DNA of 64,000 bases from Candidatus Sulfomarinibacteraceae bacterium (lineage in GTDB: Bacteria > Acidobacteriota > Thermoanaerobaculia > Thermoanaerobaculales > Sulfomarinibacteraceae), in the NCBI GenBank assembly GCA_963714885.1, contig CAVQQV010000004.1:24779-88778 (forward strand), in the 5' to 3' direction. Under the pieces are notes generated by a model, which was not told the DNA's origin, searched no databases, and saw only the letters and a program-made list of their open reading frames with translations. A program made the position numbers and the translations under genes. Below, one piece after another: positions 60,138-64,000 of this stretch. Positions within the stretch are counted from its first letter, which is position 1. Every line of letters starts with the position of its first letter.

Positions 60138-60236
60138 GGAAGCGCATGGGGCCTGGTGGCTTCCGCGGACTTCAAATCCGTTGGGCCGGCCTCAGTAGGG
60201 TCGGTCGGAGGGTTCGATTCCCTTGCGCTTCCGCCA
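60138..60236 (+). tRNA. selC: tRNA-Sec (anticodon UCA), CCA encoded
   Basis: Folded by hand: 8-bp acceptor GGAAGCGC/GCGCTTCC, 6-bp D-stem with a 4-nt loop (GGGGCC-TGGT-GGCTTC), anticodon loop CT TCA AA, an 8-bp long variable arm (GGCCGGCC-tcagtag-GGTCGGTC), T-arm GAGGG-TTCGATT-CCCTT, discriminator G, CCA. This is the bacterial 8/5 Sec architecture; 99 nt. Confidence 0.9.
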
Positions 60237-60293
60237 CCTCGTCGTGACGTGGCGGAGGCGATTCGAGTGCTCTATCTGTTGCAAAGGTAACCG

Positions 60294-61055
60294 TTGATGG
60301 CGGGCGAAGAATTCGTTTATCGAAGCGAGCTTGAAAAGACTCCTCTGCCCGAGATTCTCGCGACCATCAATCGCTATGGTGTTCCGGGTGTCCTCGAGGT
60401 GAGTCGCGATGACGTGACCAAGGAGGTCTTTTTTCTCGATGGTGACGTGATCTTCGCGACGTCTACCGACCGCCGTGAGTCGCTGGGTGAGTATCTCGTT
60501 CGCAGCGGTGAGATCACCCGGGACCAGCTTGCGCGTTCGTCCGAGGAGTTGGCCGGCACCCCCGGAGCCCGTCACGGAGAGGTCCTCGTCCGGATGGGTT
60601 TCTTGAGCCAGGGAGTGCTCGGAAAATCGGTGCGCCGCCAGGTTCAGAGCATCATGTGGAGCCTGTTCAACTGGATCGAGGGGACGGTGTGTTTCAAGGT
60701 CGGCACATCGAGAGAAGATGAGACCTTCAAGATCAAGATCCCTACCGCACGTGCGGTCCTGGCCGGTTGTCGGCGAATCGAGGATCCGAAGATCATCACC
60801 GCCAGGCTCGGCGGCCGCGGCGCCGTTTTCAAGCGTCTGCCACGACCGCCTCACCTTGAGAAATTCCGCTTTGAGGCCGATGAGTTGGAGCTTCTCGAAC
60901 TGGTCGACGGCAAGAGGAATCTCTACGAGCTCTGTGAGAGCGGCCCCTTGAGCCCCGGCGCCAACGCTCGAATTCTTTACGCCTTGGTCGAACTCCAGAT
61001 GGTGACCATGGATCCGACATCGAGCGGGAAGATCCTGATTCAGGTTCGGGGATAG
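60294..61055 (+). CDS. DUF4388 domain protein
   Basis: LEKTPLPEILATINRYGVPGVLEVSRDDVTKEVFFLDGDVIFATSTDRRESLGEYLVRSGEITRDQL... is the DUF4388-type N-domain. The second half (RFEADELELLELVDGKRNLYEL) is a common companion region. Confidence 0.65.
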   Translation: MMAGEEFVYRSELEKTPLPEILATINRYGVPGVLEVSRDDVTKEVFFLDGDVIFATSTDRRESLGEYLVRSGEITRDQLARSSEELAGTPGARHGEVLVRMGFLSQGVLGKSVRRQVQSIMWSLFNWIEGTVCFKVGTSREDETFKIKIPTARAVLAGCRRIEDPKIITARLGGRGAVFKRLPRPPHLEKFRFEADELELLELVDGKRNLYELCESGPLSPGANARILYALVELQMVTMDPTSSGKILIQVRG

Positions 61056-61062
61056 GTGTTGC

Positions 61063-61350
61063 ATGCCTCTGTACGAGTACGAGTGTTTTCTCTGCGGCCA
61101 TCGATTTGAACGCATCCGAAGCGTCGCCGATGCGTCGTCGGGGAACTGCCCGGAGTGCCGGGGCAAGGTCCGACGCCTGCTGGGGGCGCCCGCGTTGCAG
61201 TTCAAAGGCAGCGGCTGGTACGTGACCGACTACGGCAAGGGAAACGGTGGACGCTCGACTGCGCTGGCCAAGACCGAGAACAAGGATTCCGGTACCACGA
61301 GCAGCGATACCCCTACGAAACCTGCGAAGAAATCATCCGACACGTCGTGA
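61063..61350 (+). CDS. FmdB-family zinc-ribbon protein
   Basis: MPLYEYECFLCGHRFERIRSVADASSGNCPECRGKVRRLL, then a Ser/Thr/Lys-rich tail. Confidence 0.85.
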   Translation: MPLYEYECFLCGHRFERIRSVADASSGNCPECRGKVRRLLGAPALQFKGSGWYVTDYGKGNGGRSTALAKTENKDSGTTSSDTPTKPAKKSSDTS

Positions 61351-61385
61351 CCCGCGGACGCCACCGCTGTCAGGAACACGGTCGA

Positions 61386-61962
61386 TCAGGATTCCGGTGG
61401 GACTCCGGTGGTATCGGCGAATTCGACAGGATAGCCGGGTATCCGTTCAAAAGTGATGGCAACGCCGGCGCCGACCCCATGGGCTGCCGCAACGCCGGCA
61501 GCAACCTCGAGCACCGCACGGGCGGGGCTCTCCGGGGAGTAGGTCGGACACGGGTCCGACGCGCACGGCGGGACATTCGCCACCACATCCACGACCGATC
61601 CGGCGCTGTCGAGAAAGACCAGATCCAGGGGGATCAGGGTGTTTTTCATCCAGAACGACGGGTAGCGGTCGGCGCCGAAGATGAAGAGCATCCCTCGTTT
61701 CTCCGGGAGCGAGGGCCGGTACATGAGGCCGTCGCGTCACCTCCTGCGGCGTGACCGCGAGCTCGAGGTCGACGGTGAATCCGTCGGGCAGCACGGCGTG
61801 CGGCAGCTCGACCTTCGCCACCACAGGGTTGGAATGAGCGGTTGCCGCAGGCGGTGGCGCCGACTGCGAACAGCCGGTGGCCACCAGGCACGCCATGAAG
61901 AGTGCGCAGGGGCCGAGTGCCCGGTTCGGGTTCGTTTTCAGACGTGTGGCCTTGAGATGCAT
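61386..61962 (-). CDS. DUF192 family lipoprotein, one apparent frameshift (~61735)
   Basis: The lipobox N-terminus MHLKATRLKTNPNRALGPCALFMACLVATGCSQ...TVDLELAVTPQEVTR (in ORF 61447..62271) joins GLMYRPSLPEKRGMLFIFGADRYPSFWMKNTLIPLDLVFLDSAGSVVD (ORF 61386..61724). Confidence 0.7.
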
Positions 61963-61990
61963 CGCTGCTCCAGCTGTGGTTTGAGCCCGT

Positions 61991-63343
61991 TCAGTCGTCT
62001 TTTGCGAGACCGAGCTTCTCTGCATGATAGCGGAAGGCCCGGTAGGACATGCGCAGAAGCTCGGACGAGTTTTTCTGATGGCCCCCTGTGTGGGCCAGGG
62101 CCTGTTGCATGAGGGACCGCCGGACGTTGTCGAGGTATTCTTCGATATCAAGGCCCTCTTCGGGCAGGCTGACGCCTTCGGTGCGCGGGCCCGAGGGTGC
62201 GCCCCGAAGGTGCTCGGGAAGGCTTCCGGATGTAATGATCGCGGAGGACTCGAGAGCGACCGTCCGTTCAATCACGTTTTCCAGCTCGCGGATATTGCCA
62301 GGCCACGCATAGGCCTGGAGGACCCGCAGTGCGTCCGGAGTCAGTCTCTTCGGCTCGAGACCGAAGTTCCTGCATGTTCGCTCGACAAAGTGCCGCCCGA
62401 GTTCGGGAAGGTCTTCGATCCGCTGCCGCAAAGGCGGCAGGTGAACGTGAAGGACGTTGAGGCGGTAATAGAGGTCCTCACGAAATGTGCCCTCCTTGAC
62501 CGCCACCTCGAGGTCACGGTTGGTGGCGGCGAGGACTCGAGCATTGACAGGGACCTCGCGGCTCGCTCCCACCGGCCGGACCCGCTTTTCCTGGAGGACC
62601 CGGAGAAGCTTGACCTGCATCAGCGAGGTCAGCTCGCCGACCTCGTCGAGGAGCACGGTCCCCCCCTCGGCATCCACAAACAGGCCCTTGTTGTCTCGAA
62701 TGGCGCCCGTGAACGAGCCGCGCACGTGACCGAAGAGCTCGGATTCGAGCAGCCCTTCCGGCAATGCGCCGCAATTGACGCTCAGAAACGGCCCGTTGGC
62801 GTTGGCCGAAAAGGCGTGGACGGCCTGTGCGAGGAGCTCCTTTCCGGTGCCGCTCTCGCCGGTGATGAACACCGTCGAGGGCGTTGCCGCAAGCCGCGGC
62901 ACCATATCGAGGATGCGACGGATTGCGGGGCTCGACCCGATGAAGTTCGGGACCTCTCGTTCGCTTTTGGGCTCTTCCGAGGTGTCGAGAAGCTTGTTCA
63001 GAATCAGCTTGAGATCCTCGACGTTGAACGGCTTCGAGAGGTATTCCGCGGCGCCGGCGCGCAAGGCCTCGAGGGCGTGCTGGGGGGTGGTGTGGGCGGT
63101 AATGATGATGAACGGAGAGGCAACGTGATGTCTCCTGGCATCCGCCAGGACCTCGAGACCGGTGCCGTCCGGCAACTTGAGGTCGCACATGACGAGGTCG
63201 AAGGTGTGGTCGTGCAGCAGCTCGATCCCGGTCGCCACGGACTCAGCGGTGGTGACCTCGTAACCCTCCTGTTCGAGGAGAATGGTCAAGAATTCGCGCA
63301 GTGACCGCTCGTCGTCGATCACCAGAATGCGGCTCGGACTCAT
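61991..63343 (-). CDS. sigma-54-dependent response regulator (NtrC family)
   Basis: Receiver ILVIDDERSLREFL...DLVMCDLKLPDGTG. AAA+ VFITGESGTGKELLA...GAFTGA-like SFTGAI...ESELFGH. Also GNIRELENV and a C-terminal HTH. ATG 63343 overlaps the kinase stop (ATGA). Confidence 0.9.
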   Translation of the reverse strand: MSPSRILVIDDERSLREFLTILLEQEGYEVTTAESVATGIELLHDHTFDLVMCDLKLPDGTGLEVLADARRHHVASPFIIITAHTTPQHALEALRAGAAEYLSKPFNVEDLKLILNKLLDTSEEPKSEREVPNFIGSSPAIRRILDMVPRLAATPSTVFITGESGTGKELLAQAVHAFSANANGPFLSVNCGALPEGLLESELFGHVRGSFTGAIRDNKGLFVDAEGGTVLLDEVGELTSLMQVKLLRVLQEKRVRPVGASREVPVNARVLAATNRDLEVAVKEGTFREDLYYRLNVLHVHLPPLRQRIEDLPELGRHFVERTCRNFGLEPKRLTPDALRVLQAYAWPGNIRELENVIERTVALESSAIITSGSLPEHLRGAPSGPRTEGVSLPEEGLDIEEYLDNVRRSLMQQALAHTGGHQKNSSELLRMSYRAFRYHAEKLGLAKDD

Positions 63344-64000
63344 CCGGTCTCCCTGTTCGCCGGCAACTCCACGGTCACCACGGTGCCGCGCCCCAGGGCG
63401 CTGTCGATGGCGATGGTGCCGGCATGCTCGGCGACGGCAGCGTACACCACCGCCAGACCGAGACCGGTGCCACCGGGTCGGGTCGTCACAAAGGGCTCGA
63501 AGGCTTGACGCCGGACGTTCTCGGTCATACCGACCCCGCTGTCGCGCCACCGCAAAACGACGTCGCCGGCCACAAGCTCACCGGAGATTACGAGATCACC
63601 GCCGTCGGGCATCGCCTGGAGGGCGTTGCGCGACAGATTCCAGAAGATCTGGCGCAGCAGCTGTTCCTCGCCCCGCAGAGAGAGGCCATCCGGGACGGTC
63701 AGGTGGACCTTGTGGTTCTCCTGGTGCTCGTCGGAGCGGCCGAGCAGGTCGACACAGTCGCGCAGCATGGCCGAGACATCGCAATGGCAGAAGTCGTTTC
63801 TCTGCGGGCGGGTGTAGGCCAGAAAACCATCGAGGATGCCGGAGAGACGGCGTGACTCGTCGACCAGGATGTGGAGCAGGCGCTGGCCCTTGTCATCCAG
63901 GGTTTTCGCCGAGGCGAGCACCTGGGCCGAGCCTGAGATCGACGCGAGCGGGTTCTTGATTTCGTGCGCCATCCGCGCGGCGAGCTCTCCGACCGCCGCC
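63340..64000 (-). CDS. sensor histidine kinase, N-terminus outside the window
   Basis: H-box MAHEIKNPLASISGSAQVL, N-box NLSRNALQAM, G-boxes DSGVGM and GGTGLGLAVV. The frame stays open to the window edge (…GELAARMAHEIKNPL). Confidence 0.85.
   Translation of the reverse strand, partial: AAVGELAARMAHEIKNPLASISGSAQVLASAKTLDDKGQRLLHILVDESRRLSGILDGFLAYTRPQRNDFCHCDVSAMLRDCVDLLGRSDEHQENHKVHLTVPDGLSLRGEEQLLRQIFWNLSRNALQAMPDGGDLVISGELVAGDVVLRWRDSGVGMTENVRRQAFEPFVTTRPGGTGLGLAVVYAAVAEHAGTIAIDSALGRGTVVTVELPANRETG

Overview
GC-rich bacterial chromosomal window with about 60 protein genes and two tRNAs. The gene content suggests an Acidobacteriota-like organism (inference): two TIGR03436-like VWA proteins, a CarboxypepD_reg/TonB-type outer-membrane barrel, a futalosine-pathway radical SAM enzyme and many TPR fusions. 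Layout in order: 1-10.3 kb is an ABC-transporter-dependent glycan locus (Wzm-like permease, five GT2/GT4 genes, a GT-C membrane transferase, a WecA-like initiating transferase, an FAD oxidoreductase). Then come pilD; selA; ychF; pmbA-tldD; pccB-accC-BCCP; a VWA protein, aspartic protease, TonB-like OMP and phosphodiesterase-TPR; a second VWA protein; and an ECF sigma/anti-sigma/bactofilin-membrane operon. These are followed by yceD-rpmF-plsX-fabD-fabG; a sulfatase-like TPR protein; CBS-cvpA; an mqnE-like gene; rho; and DUF2231-ACAD-DUF2231. Next is an ECF sigma beside a DUF1295 gene and an FAD oxidase-DUF1365-CFA synthase x2-CIA30 lipid-modification operon, then a cysK-glutaredoxin fusion, tRNA-Ala and tRNA-Sec, DUF4388, FmdB, DUF192, an NtrC-type regulator and a histidine kinase. 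Most unusual observations: (i) two four-helix-bundle (23S-IVS-protein/Avd-like) gene cassettes bracketed by inverted tandem-repeat arrays, plus gene-less period-7 AT-rich arrays at other intergenic sites, including a hairpin with ~33-nt arms inside the pccB-accC operon. (ii) A small ORF ending TGA-GGG-TGC followed by a SECIS-like hairpin, in a genome that encodes selA and tRNA-Sec. (iii) GTAG-headed REP-like palindromes, a nested inverted repeat at the pilD/selA junction and a ~170-nt palindrome upstream of rho. (iv) Roughly 40 frame breaks in otherwise conserved genes, most simply explained by 1-nt indels in short homopolymer runs of the assembly. No CRISPR array, rRNA, transposase or integrase gene was recognised.
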